This document shows positions 36,339 through 50,600 of a DNA stretch of 64,000 nucleotides, piece by piece. The notes under the pieces are model-generated. The model ran no database searches and had not been told where the DNA came from. It saw only the letters and a program-made list of their open reading frames with translations. The first letter of the stretch is position 1. Each line of letters starts with the position of its first letter. Origin of the DNA: Octopus sinensis (taxonomy: Eukaryota); NCBI RefSeq assembly GCF_006345805.1, contig NC_042998.1, positions 84,196,001 through 84,260,000 of the forward strand, read 5' to 3'. The position numbers and the translations under genes are program-made.

Positions 36339-39300
36339 ATGTATGTCTGGGTGAGTCGATATGTCCCTCATTTTCATGGTGTGTGTTTTCTGTGTCATTT
36401 GCTTACAGTCCACCATGAAAGCATGTCCAGGTATCTTAGCATGTCTTGACATGTTGCACAATCTTTGTAAACAAATGGCTTATTCATATGGTGTTTGTTT
36501 CCAGTTCTCCACATAAATGTCTGGGCTGTTTGTTGTTGAATATTAACTCACTTGGAAATACGGAGGTTGGTAACAGGAAGACTATTTGACTGTAGAAGCC
36601 TCTGCGCCATGCTCTCATTTCACCCACACAAGCATGAAAAAGTAGGCATTTTAATGATAATACAAGAGAAAGTAATATACAAAAATCTTGTAAAGAAAAA
36701 TTTTTATATTTCTACATATCAAAAGAAGAGTATGGGTAAAATCACTGGAAGATTTTCCTAAATTCATTGCAGTCATATCATCTTGTCTCTCTAGGAACAG
36801 TGTTGCGTTTCTTGTCTTTGAAGCTGATAAAAATCAATTCAATCAATTATACGCATCCTTTATGAAAAATGTGCTTAATCAGGAAAATAAAATCAATGCT
36901 TGTATATAATAAAACACCTAAATATATATATAAAATAGATCATTGAATTACAAGGGTATTTGTTATAGCATATTTAAAAAGCAGCACCAGCTATTTCAGA
37001 TAAATGATATTCAAATATCATACAGGATAAGTATATTTGGTGTGAATAACTCCTTGAAACATTTTTCCCCTCCTTTTTGAAGGCTACATTAGAAAATTAT
37101 CAAACAAATTATTCTTGAAAGTCGTTATGTTAATGGTATGATTATAGATTTTTCCTTTTTATTTTTTTTTTACAAAGCTACAACACTATAAATGCCCAGC
37201 TGTTTCTGTTAACTCATTGTTCATGTATTGTATCATTATTGTTATCATCATAATTCTAATGTGTTTCCCATGCTTGCTTAAAAATATAAGGATAAAAATT
37301 CTTCCTGAGTTGTATAGGCTCATAAGGCTAGTTTCCCAATTTCTGTGGTGCATATATTCCCACTGGATGGAATGCCTGTCCATCTCAGGAATACTCATTT
37401 TTGCCTGCTGTGTGGACGAGAGCAACGTAAAATGAAGTGTTTTGCTCAAGAATGCAACACTTAACCCAGTCCAGGAATCAAAACCACAATCTTACGATCA
37501 TAAGTCTGACACCTTAACTTCTAAGCCACATACCTCCACCACATGCTGCATGTCATGCTGTTATTCCTTATAGTCTTTTGTCATTCCATCGATAATGCAC
37601 TGTAACCTAAGATTTGACCTTGCTACTTGTATTTCCCATGTCATTCTCAGTCTTCCTCTTTCTGTATCTACCACATTTTCCATCCATCATTCACCATCCA
37701 TTCACATCAAATGCCTTTATGTCTCCCTTCATGCCTTTAAATATGTAACCACACTTTTTGCTCTTCACCTTACAATTAGCTTTTAGTCACACTCTTAGCT
37801 CTTAGCCACACTCTATTTAGTTTGTGCTCCATATAAGTTGATATGGTACATTGACCAACTCATGCTTCACTTGTTTCTCATCACTCTCCATAAGTCCTCC
37901 CAATTTATTATTGATCTCTCACTATCATATAAAATCACTCTTCTCACACATGTCTTGCACAGTTTGTCTTTAACATTAAAAGAGAAGCCTTTTTGTTGCA
38001 AACAGATGTAATGCCTCTTTGAATTACTCCCACCTCTTCCTTACTCTTGCTACTAAACTTTCACTACAACCACCTCTGACATTTGTTATGTCACCTGGTT
38101 AACAGTTCTCCAGCAAGAACTTTGTGGTTGTCCTTTCATTTGTGCACTTAGGCTGGTGAGGGATCATCATTGTGCTAGTTAATTCTTATGTGGAATAACT
38201 GGACTCTTAGACTTTGTGTTGGAGGAACATGTCTTGCTCATGCATTTTATTTTTGACATGGTTTCTATGGCAACTATTGGTAACTACCACTGTGCAGTAA
38301 CTGTATATATATAACATATGAAGGATACTTGTGATAGGGAAGGTTATAGTAGGCTGGATAACTGCTATGTGGTGGGGGGAAATGCAGAGTTGATGGTGAA
38401 ATTTGAACCCAGATGCAGGTATGGCTGTGTAGTAAAGAAGCATGCTTTCCAACCTTGTAGGTTTAGGTTCAGTCCCATGCTACAGCACCTTGGGAAAGTG
38501 TCTTCTACTAAATATCTAGGCCATCTAAGGCCTTGTGAGTGGATTTGGTAGATGGAAACTGAAAAAAGCCCATTGTATATAGATTCAGATGTGTGTGTGT
38601 CTGTCTGTCTGTCCTTTCTTGACATCACATTGATGGTTCTAAACAAGTTTCAACATATACAAGCAATGTTGCTCATTTCCAGTCTTCCATGAATACTATG
38701 TCCAGCTATGGGAAAATATTTCTTGGCTTGGAATCAAGTTAGTGTTGGAAACAGGAAAGGCATCCAGGTGTAAAAATAATCTACCTCAATAAATTCCGTC
38801 TGACTCATATAAACATGAATAAGTGAACATTAAAACAACGATAATGATGATGAAAGTACATTAACAAAATTTAAACACTGTGATGTGTCTACTGTTTCAG
38901 TTACATTTACATCCAAGTCATTATAATGTATTGTAATTAATGTTGTTTCTTATTTCAGCTCAGCTGCTGCAGGTGGTTCCTATATCAGATCCAGTGTCCT
39001 GTTCTGAAGCTCTGACATATTGTGTTGGAACTCTTAAGCTTCTGTCTGGTAACAGCAGCATTATGAAAGAACTTGTGCACAGAGAATGTATAGAGTTACT
39101 TACTTCTTTGTTGCAGTCTATCAACCTGACTGTAAGTATGGTATGTACCTATTATACAGGTATATATGATCACACAGGTGTATTGTGACAGTAAATATTC
39201 TAGAAAGTAAAATGACCACTTGATTACAAGAAACTTGCTTATAATTAACTGACCCAATAATCAATAATTGGTGAGAACCATACAACAGGAAGTGCGTTCA

Positions 39301-42300
39301 TGACAAACTATGTCTTCAGCTTGGTTTCAATTATGAATTGAAGCCATTTTGCTTTGTTTGTGTTATTAATGCATTAGGGAAGGGCATAAATGTTAAAGTT
39401 TCTATTAAAATTAAGGGGAAACCATTTTGCCTGATGAATATGATTTTGGACTGTCAATTCAGAGATCTTAAGTTCAAACTCACTCCAGACATTTCAATGT
39501 CTATATAGAATTACACTGAATTTAACAACTCACTTCTCACCTAGCTGCTAAATTATGCATGAATACACTGGTGATAACTGACATCCTATCCAAGAGACTA
39601 TTTGTTTCTCATCTGCTTTTAATGAAGAGTTTGAAGCTAATCACTAACTCTTCATTTATTTTATATTGTAATTTGTGAATAATAGTCATTAATTGGAAAA
39701 ACAGGCTAATCACTTGTTCGCTACAAGAGTGAAAAGAGAGTGTCTAACTCAATGCAGAACATATCCCAAGAGCTTGCTGAGGACATGACAAATCTCTAGT
39801 GCTGATGCCACCATAGACCCCATGTCAAAGTAGAAATGTATGAGCAAGTTGTGGACCTTCAGTAGAACTAAGAGTCCAATAATTCCATATAAGGACTGAC
39901 ATGGCTCATGATGACTCACAAACCTATGCAATGTGGAAAGCAGATTTGGATGATGAAGATGGTGAAAGATTTCATTCACAAAGCACTGGTGATATACTTT
40001 GATCAAAGGTATGTGTGTGTATATAGAGGCTTCTGCATAGTTTTCATTTACTAAATTCTGCTCACAAGGTATTAGACAAACTGAAGCTACTATAGAATAT
40101 GCTTAACTAAGATGCAGTTCAGTGGAATTGAAACTGAAACCCACTTGAAAAACAAAGTTCTTAACCCTTTTGATTCCACACTGTCTGAGACCATCCCTGG
40201 TCCTATGCTACAGATTTCCTGTTTTAAAGTGCTTTGAGTTAAACCATTCCATCAAAATATCATTTGAATTTAAATTCCAAATATTAGCATAATAATGTCA
40301 GTTATTTTAATAAAGTCTTCATTAATGTCAAAATTAATTGAAATAACAGCAGTATATTGCATCAGGTATATAGTAACAGAAGGGTTAACCAAGACTATAA
40401 GCATTTGCTTTTTTCTCTCTCTACTATATCTTCCTTGTAGATGTGAATCATTAAATATTATTAGTCTATTAATTTATGGTTCTTCTCTTCATATCCACTC
40501 AGGAAGTTTGAAGTGTTGTCTCTAGGTAGGAACACTATTCTTCATGCCTCAGTTTACCTAACCATTGGAAGAATTGGAATACATCAGAGAAAGCACATGT
40601 GATAGACTAGATTCCTAGCCAGAGGAATATTATTAAAACTATCTAATGTCCATTTTCCATACTGATGTGGGTTGGGTGGCTCAATAGGGGCTGGTAAGCT
40701 GGAGGACTGTGCCAAGCTCTAGCGTCTGCTTTGATGAGGCTGTAACAGCTGGATGCCCTTCCTAACAGCAAAGCACTTTACAGAATATGATGGCTGATTT
40801 TTATATATCACTTACTCTAATGAGGTCACCAAGTAACTTACATGACAAATCCCCTCAATTAAGGCAGGGAGTAGAATTGAGGGAAGTGGCTTTTATGCCA
40901 GGTGATAAGTATGATAGAGGGTGTCATGCTTTAGCAGAGACATATAGTAATACCAGCTGGCAAAGAGAGAAGATATATCACTTATTTGATTAACTCTATA
41001 GAAATCAAATATGAACTTCAAAGTTCAACATAATCATTTTAACATCCATTTTTCATGCTAGCATGGGTTGGTGTTTTTAAGTAGATTTTCTATGAGATGC
41101 CCTCCTTGTTGCCAACTCTCACTTGTTTCCTAGCAAAATATTTTCCCCATAGCCAGACATGTTTTCACAGAACACTGGAAACAAATGACACCATTTGTAT
41201 GGCAGTATCACTTGTTTACAGCTATTATACAATATCAAGACAAGAAAATACACACACTCACTCACATTCACACACATATATGTTTGCAAACATATAGCAG
41301 GCTTCTTTCGGTTTCCAATTATCAAATCTATTCAGAATACTTTGGTCGGCCCAAGTCTATAATAGAAAGTACTGACCCATGGTGACATGCAGTGGGACTG
41401 AACCTCTCAACCACATGGTTGGAAAGCAAACTTGTTAACCATACAGCCATACCTAAGCCTCTTTCATGAAGACTTGTATACAATTCGTGAAAATAATTTG
41501 TTTTTCAAAGATAAAATAAAACAAAATACCTTCATTGAAACTTCACAATAAAATTGTCATAGCAAGTAATGTTTGGTGTCAAATGTGATAGTACAATATC
41601 TATTTAATCAATAGTACTGTCTATAGTTGACAATTGGATTTTATTATCACCATAGTATCGGGTAAATCAGCTCTGTTACTTGAAGTACATTGCTTGTACA
41701 TGTTATTAAGTATTGATTGTTTCACAGTTACTATAGAATGAAGTGAATTCAACCATAGTTAGTAAGAGGAAATGTAAGGGGGAAAAGCTTCCAACAGACC
41801 TTGGGTAATATTAATATTACATATTAACAGTCACCACCACTCCTTCAGTGGCCTGTTAAAGGTTTGATCTCTGTATTGCAAACTGGCATAACCTGTCACT
41901 TGTAACAGTGCCCCTGCCACCAGTCATGGCAATCTGCTATGCTTCTTTAAGGGCAGACGTCAAATGAGGTTGGTGGTGGTTTCACCACCAGTGAGTTTCA
42001 CCACCAGTGAGTTTCATTGGTTTCTCACCGATGTTTATATCTTTTATGATGTGGGAGGGGTTGTGTGGTAAGTAGCTTGCTTACCAACCACATGGCTCTG
42101 GGTTCAGTCTCACTGTGTGACACCTTGGACAGGTGTCTTCTACTATAGCCTCAGGCCAACCAAAGTCTTGTGAGTGGATTTGGTAAACAGAAACTGAAAG
42201 AATCCCGTTGTATATATATATAGATATAGGTGTGTGTCTGTGTTTGTCCCCCCACCCCCAGCATCGCTTGACAACCAATATTGGTGTGTTTACATCCCAT

Positions 42301-45300
42301 AACTTAGCAGTTCAGCAAAAGAGAGCAATAGAATAAGTACTAGGCTTACAAAGAATAAGTCCTCAAGTCAGTTTATATGACTAAAGGCAGTGCTCCAGCA
42401 CTGAAATGAGTAAAAGAATAAAAGAGTATGTAAATATATATATACTAGCAGTATCGCCCGGCGTTGCTCGGGTTTGTAAGGGAAATAATTATATAAGCAT
42501 TTTTAGAGATGTAAAGTATAATAGCCATCTCAATATGGCTAACCACAAAGGGGGAGGGGTGTTACTGTAGCTTTTTACGTTCTGAGATTTAATAATAAAT
42601 TTTAGAGAGTTACTTCCCTTATATATGTCAAAAATGGATTAAAAATGGGAAAAATTGATGGTAATTTTTTTTTTAAATCGTAGACTCATCGTAGACGCGC
42701 GCTAATACCCAGACGGTCTCGATATGAATCACGACTATAAGATACCTGGTTTTGGTTAAACTGCACCGCAAAATGTGGGAGTTGTTAGGAATCTAAATCG
42801 TAGGAGACAGACACACAACCTCACTTTTATATATAAAGATTTCCTCTATTTACATAATATTGAGGTCTCTTTCTTTCTTTTGTTATCTTACTGTTTTTAC
42901 CAATATACATATATATATATATATAAATATATATATAGTTACAGAGATGTACTTGCATAGCAAGTGACTTGATCTGAGATCGTGTGCTGGAACGAAAACA
43001 GTTGCAGCGTTGAAGGTGTTTATAAGCCATTTAAGAAACACAAAAACCGTTAGATTCACTTCAACATTTAAATTAAATTTGTCAAAATATTTTCGTCGCT
43101 TTGAGACCGCGACCTGTTAGCACGATATTTTTGTCAGTGAACAGGTCGCGGTCTCAAAGCGACGAAAATATTTTGGCAAATTAAATTTAAATGTTGAAGT
43201 GAATGTAACGGTTTTTGTGTGTTTCTTAAATGGCTTACAAACACCTTCCACGCTGCAATATATATACACACATATATATATATGTATGTATGTATGTGTG
43301 TATATGTGTATGCATGTATGTGTGTGTGTGTGTGCGTGTCTGTGCTTGTGATTGTCCTCCACCACTGCTTGACAACGAATGTTGGTTTGTTTACATCCCT
43401 GTCACCTAGTGGTTTGACAAAGGAAACAGATAGAATAAGTACAATGCTTACAAAAATAAAACTGGAGTTGATTCATTAAACTACAATTCTTCAAGGCATT
43501 GCCCCAGCATGGCCACAGAGCAATGGCTGGAAAAAGCAGAAGAATAAAAGAATTGAGGGGGACCTCTACATGGTAGCTAGACCTGGTAGAAATAGCAGCA
43601 AAATTTCCCCCAAATCACACCTTACTGTCTTATCTATGTATATATGTATGTATGAGCCTATGAGGGAGACCCCTACATGGCAGCTAGACATGGTAGAAAT
43701 AGCAGCCAAATCTCCCTCAAATCACACCTTACTGTCTTATCTTTCTGCTACTTGGATATAGGTGTTATATTCGTCTAAAAAAACTTTCCTGTCACACACT
43801 CAAGCACACGCACACACACACACACACACGCACCGTCACACACACACGCGCACGCACACACACACACGCACGTTAGCTTACAATTTTATTTATATATTTG
43901 CGTGTGTATGTGTGGAAAGAGGAAGTGGGAGGCAGAGTGAAAGAATCACTCACCACAGTAAGTGAATTAGTTTCATTTTATTCGTTGCCCACTGTGTGTG
44001 TGCGTTTGCGTGTGGTGTAAACCAGACTAAGAAAAGCATTTGACACACACACCAGAATGTGAGTTTTCTGTAAATTTTGCTTAATTGGAGTTTAAATTTT
44101 AAAAACTGGACCTGGCATGACGCGATGCATTGTACTCTTAAAAATGCCAGGTAAATTGTAATTGAAGAAATCCTATATTGTAGATTTGTATAACTCCCAA
44201 AGGGAGGCAGATAAAATCTGCCTTTTATAATAAGAGATATATATATATATCTCATCTAGCATCATCATCATCATCCAACATTCGTCTTTCATGCTAGTAT
44301 GTGTTGGATAATTTGACAGGAGCTGATAAACTAGAGGACTGTGCCATGCTCCATTGTCCACTTTGGCATGAGTTTTGCTTCCTAATGCTAACCATTTTCC
44401 AAAGTGAAATAGGTACTTTTTATGTGGCACAAGCACTAGTGAGGTCACCAAGTAAATTGCAAGACAAAGATCCCTCAACTGAGATGGGGAGTGGTACAAG
44501 GGAGGTGAAACATAGATAGGTGTATGTATGTATGTATGTATATATATATATATATATATATAAATATATATATAGTTACAGAGATGTACTTGCATAGCAA
44601 GTGACTTGATCTGAGATCGTGTGCTGGAACGAAAACAGTTGCAGCGTTGAAGGTGTTTATAAGCCATTTAAGAAACACAAAAACCGTTAGATTCACTTCA
44701 ACATTTAAATTAAATTTGTCAAAATATTTTCGTCGCTTTGAGACCGCGACCTGTTAGCACGATATTTTTGTCAGTGAACAGGTCGCGGTCTCAAAGCGAC
44801 GAAAATATTTTGGCAAATTAAATTTAAATGTTGAAGTGAATGTAACGGTTTTTGTGTGTTTCTTAAATGGCTTACAAACACCTTCCACGCTGCAATATAT
44901 ATATACACACATATATATATATGTATGTATGTATGTGTGTATATGTGTATGCATGTATGTGTGTGTGTGTGTGCGTGTCTGTGCTTGTGATTGTCCTCCA
45001 CCACTGCTTGACAACGAATGTTGGTTTGTTTACATCCCTGTCACCTAGTGGTTTGACAAAGGAAACAGATAGAATAAGTACAATGCTTACAAAAATAAAA
45101 CTGGAGTTGATTCATTAAACTACAATTCTTCAAGGCATTGCCCCAGCATGGCCACAGAGCAATGGCTGGAAAAAGCAGAAGAATAAAAGAATTGAGGGGG
45201 ACCTCTACATGGTAGCTAGACCTGGTAGAAATAGCAGCAAAATTTCCCCCAAATCACACCTTACTGTCTTATCTATGTATATATGTATGTATGAGCCTAT

Positions 45301-46171
45301 GAGGGAGACCCCTACATGGCAGCTAGACATGGTAGAAATAGCAGCCAAATCTCCCTCAAATCACACCTTACTGTCTTATCTTTCTGCTACTTGGATATAG
45401 GTGTTATATTCGTCTAAAAAAACTTTCCTGTCACACACTCAAGCACACGCACACACACACACACACACGCACCGTCACACACACACGCGCACGCACACAC
45501 ACACACGCACGTTAGCTTACAATTTTATTTATATATTTGCGTGTGTATGTGTGGAAAGAGGAAGTGGGAGGCAGAGTGAAAGAATCACTCACCACAGTAA
45601 GTGAATTAGTTTCATTTTATTCGTTGCCCACTGTGTGTGTGCGTTTGCGTGTGGTGTAAACCAGACTAAGAAAAGCATTTGACACACACACCAGAATGTG
45701 AGTTTTCTGTAAATTTTGCTTAATTGGAGTTTAAATTTTAAAAACTGGACCTGGCATGACGCGATGCATTGTACTCTTAAAAATGCCAGGTAAATTGTAA
45801 TTGAAGAAATCCTATATTGTAGATTTGTATAACTCCCAAAGGGAGGCAGATAAAATCTGCCTTTTATAATAAGAGATATATATATATCTCATCTAGCATC
45901 ATCATCATCATCCAACATTCGTCTTTCATGCTAGTATGTGTTGGATAATTTGACAGGAGCTGATAAACTAGAGGACTGTGCCATGCTCCATTGTCCACTT
46001 TGGCATGAGTTTTGCTTCCTAATGCTAACCATTTTCCAAAGTGAAATAGGTACTTTTTATGTGGCACAAGCACTAGTGAGGTCACCAAGTAAATTGCAAG
46101 ACAAAGATCCCTCAACTGAGATGGGGAGTGGTACAAGGGAGGTGAAACATAGATAGGTGTATGTATGTATG

Positions 46172-46208
<37 letters not shown>

Positions 46209-47323
46209 TAGCAGTATCGCCCGGCGTTGCTCGGGTTTGTAAGGGAAATAACTATATAAGCATTTTTTGAGAGTTATAGCCAAAAAATAGCAAAAAATGC
46301 ATTAAAAATGGAAAAAATATGATGGTAAATTTTTTGAAAAATCGTTGACTCATCGTAGACATTTTTAGAGAGTTACTTCCCTTATATAATAGCGAAAAAA
46401 TGCATTAAAATGGAAAAAAAACGATGGTAAATTTTTTTTTAAATCGTAGACTCATGTAGACGCTTTCTTAGCCTCATGTAGACGCTTTCTTAGCCATTTC
46501 TGTTTTGGTGTCTTCAAGCGATGAAGTCGTTGTTCTAAAAGAACGCTGGTCTCCTTGACAACGCATTACGACGTTGATTTCCTTACACTCCCTTCCCCAC
46601 AGGTGCAGGTGTGAGCGTGGACGCCAACTCCGCCGCCATCGACACACGAAAAATTATGCATTAAAATGGAATAAAAAATGATGTTAAATTATTTTTAAAA
46701 TCGTAGACTCATCGTAGACGCGCGCTAATACTCAGACGGGCTCGATATGAATCACGACTATAAGCTACCCGAATTTGGTTAAACTGCACCGCAAAATGTG
46801 GGAGTAGTTAGGAATCTAAATCGAAGGGGACAGACACTCACACAACTACAGTTTTATATATATAGATATACATAGCGCAGTAGTGGTGAGATGTGACAGC
46901 AAAGAAAAGCATACATTCACTCTCTGCATGCAATTAGACTCGGAAAGTTCGTGAGGAACCCATTGACCCAATTTGCTGACTTTTCCGATAGCACACAGGT
47001 CTCAATGAATGGTTGAATGACCAAATCCAAGCTTCTCTGCTAGTTCCTCAACAGTTACGATGAGATTTTGTTCCACCAGGGTTTTCAGGATGTCCTTGTC
47101 GAGTTCTACAGATCTTTCAGGATGAGGCTCGTCTTCTAGGCTGTTCCAATATAGCTTTGAAAAAAATAGCTGTTAAAATCGAAATGCACTCTTCAAAACT
47201 TGCACTATGAATAAGGACAAGATAAAATTACTACCTGCTTTTATAGCAAGTTAATATAAGTAGTTTATCCCATTCCCCTCTGACTTTTAGTTCAAGCTGT
47301 TGAAAAAACCGCATTATTATATA

Positions 47324-47355
<32 letters not shown>

Positions 47356-47646
47356 CACACACACTCTCTCTCTCACACACATGCACACATTTATATTCTG
47401 TTATTCTTTTATATGTTTCAGCCTTGAGGTTGTGGCCATGCTGGATCATGTGTGTGTGTGTGTGTGTGTCTATCTGTCTGTCTGTCTGTATGTGTATATG
47501 TATGTGTGTGAACAATAATATTTTCAACAGATGTGTTGCAAATGTATCTGATTGTTCTCAAGCTTCAATACTGTGTGTGTGTGTATGTGTGTGTGTATGT
47601 GTGTGTGTGTGTATGTATGTATATGTATGTATGTATGTGTGTATGT

Positions 47647-47686
<40 letters not shown>

Positions 47687-50600
47687 ATGTATGTATGTAT
47701 GTATGTATATATGAGTGTTCCTCAAATCACTATCTCTGGCTATTTACTCTCTTCCAAGAACATTTTCACTCACACTTATGTGTTAGCTTCCCATACATTT
47801 TACTCATGTATCTATCAGCGTGATAGAGAGAAACAAATATTACATCTAGTTTCACTTTATTCGTTGCCCACTGTGTGTGTGCGTTTGCGTGTGGTGTAAA
47901 CCAGACTAAGAAAAGCATTTGACACACACACCAGAATGTGAGTTTTCTGTAAATTTTGCTTAATTGGAGTTTAAATTTTAAAAACTGGACCTGGCATGAC
48001 GCGATGCATTGTACTCTTAAAATTGCTAGGTAAATTGTAATTGAAGAAATCCTATATTGTAGATTTGTATAACTCCCAAAGGGAGGCAGATAAAATCTGC
48101 CTTTTATAATAAGAGATATACATATATATACCTACCTACCTCTGTGCTCCCTATGGAGCATAGGCCATCAACAACTTTTCTCCACATTTCTTGATTCTAG
48201 GCTTCCTTTCTTCTCCCAAGTCTTTGTTTGAATAATCATCCATGCTTCTGTAACTTTGTGCTTTTCTTGATAGCGGTGTTAGACCAACACTAACCCATTT
48301 TTACCTTTGAAAGTGGTGGTTCAAATTAGTCTGGACTCTGTCCTTTGACCTGTCCAGCATGGGATGCCCTATCAGGAGCTTGCACTCAGCTCATATAGTT
48401 CTGAGGGTCACAAAACTGCAAGCCACCACAACTACGCCTAACCTTTGTGGTGGAGATATATATATACATGCTGGCTTATTGTACAATGATGGTTTAAGTG
48501 TAAGTCTATCCTTAACTGCAACACCCATAAATTCCAGAAACAATGTTAACCTAGGATCAGTGCATGTAAAATGTCTGGTGTCATAAAGAGCCACAATGTG
48601 AAAATATTGCATCCAGATGTTGAATGAAAGAAGCTGACCTGCAGTTGCTGAATGGAGGTCTGCTCTTTAAAGGGCAAATAGTGAAAAAAATTAAACATAT
48701 ATCAAGCTGATGTCTCTACCTGCATTACATCAACAAACAGTATAGGTTCTATAGAACATATTTCAAGGGGCACCAACACAACAACTCATTCTGTCATTGC
48801 CACTTGGACATACCACAGCTCATTCAAACTAAGTTGAGAGATAGAGCTGAGAGCACCAAATGCTGATGGTCTTAGCTTTATCTCTCAATTTTAAAAATCT
48901 ATTTCAAATAGTGTTCAGCCTTGACTGATGGAGGCCCCTCTCCTTCATCATATCCATGCCTCTATAAATATATTCAATAGTACATACCTAATCTGGTTTC
49001 TTTTTATTTTATCATTCTAACTGTGGAAGTGGAAGTTTGCTCATAGTCTTCATATTTCTTTTGAGCCCTTGGACACATAAGGCTAGTTACTTGGTTTCCA
49101 TGGCATAAAAGGACCAAGATCACAACATTCATCCCTGAATGGGACACTAGTTCATTGTAAGGTTCAAGGCCAGCAAGTCATTAACACCAATCCCAGTACT
49201 TGACTGGTACTATATTTTATTGCCCCTGAAGGGATGAAAGGCAAAGTTGGGTTCAGCTAGATTTGGAGACAGAACATAAAGAAATTCCACTAAGCATTTT
49301 GTCCAACGTGATAAGGGCTCTGCCAGCTCACTACTCCTCATAGTCTTCATAGGCTCTCCTAAATTGGGATACATGGGACAACAAGGAATAAAACTGGTAA
49401 TTATTGAAATTTGGTAGTTGGAGGGATGAATTAGTTGGGAGTTGTTGATCAGTCATTCTCAACCAGGGTTCATATGACCCTTGGGGAGTCCATAAGACCC
49501 TTAAGGGTCCATTTGAGATTTTGTTAAAATTTATGTGCGATAAATTGGTTATTCTTCTACAATATATGAAATATATTTTAACATTTTTTTTTTTATATAA
49601 TTCCTAATAATATCTGACCCTGTGCCACTTAAAACCACCCAGTTCACACTGTAAAGTGGTTGGTGTTCGGAAGGGCATCCAGCTGTAAAAACCATGCCAA
49701 AACTGACTTCGCCTGTGCTTGTCCCACATAAAAAGCACTCCTCACCTCACCTGTGCTTGTGCCATGTAAAAAGCACTAAATCCATTCTGCTGAGTGGTTG
49801 GTGTCAGGAAGGGAATCCAGCTGTAAAAATCTTGTTAAAACAGTCACAGAAGTCTGGCACAGACTTCAGCTTGGCCAGCTCTTGTGGAACCATCTCACCC
49901 ATGCTAGCATGGAGGGCGTTAAACGATGATGATGATAGCATTTTTTAAAACATCAAATGGCTATTGAGGTCCAGTAGAATAAAATGGAATCAAAGGGGTA
50001 TATAGGCAAAAAATGGTTGGGAATCACTGCTTTAGAGGGATGTACTTGTAGGAAAAAGTAATTGGTAGTGTGTTTGGTTGTTATCCTCAGTGGGAACCAG
50101 GAATGAAGAAAAGAAAATGCTGCCATAGGGTTAAGGTGGAGAAGGAGTAACACCAGTCATTGATGCTGATGTTTAACCCCAGGTCAGCTTTGGCTAAGCA
50201 CAATTTACATCAAAAGCATACTACTTGTGGCCATCCTAACATTTTGTACATCTTACATTACTTTGTTTTTTGTGTCTTTATTAAGATTGGTATAATGTTA
50301 TTTAAGGGAGTTGACAGCAGTTTCTAGCTGGTCAGGGGACAATGTGGAGGTTATTTTGTCAGTAACAGATGAGGAAGTAACCAAGTATACCTTGGTTATT
50401 GGATCTTTTTTTGGTGACATTTGGTAAGAGAGATGTATTTTTTATAATGTGTATTTGTGGGTGTGTGCATTTGATGCATCCTACCTTGCATACGTTTTGT
50501 GTAGTGATGGCTGAGGAATAATTGATAAATGTACTTCTCTAACCAGAGATGCATTGAAGAAGATTAAAGAATGCAGTTAATTCATTTTATTGATTTTTGT

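Larger units (their letters stand above)
42909..46207 (+). repeat. ~1.64-kb tandem duplication with (TA)n at all junctions
   Basis: The offset is 1637-1639 throughout (paired identical ORFs in the track). The only differences seen are microsatellite lengths. Confidence 0.9.
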
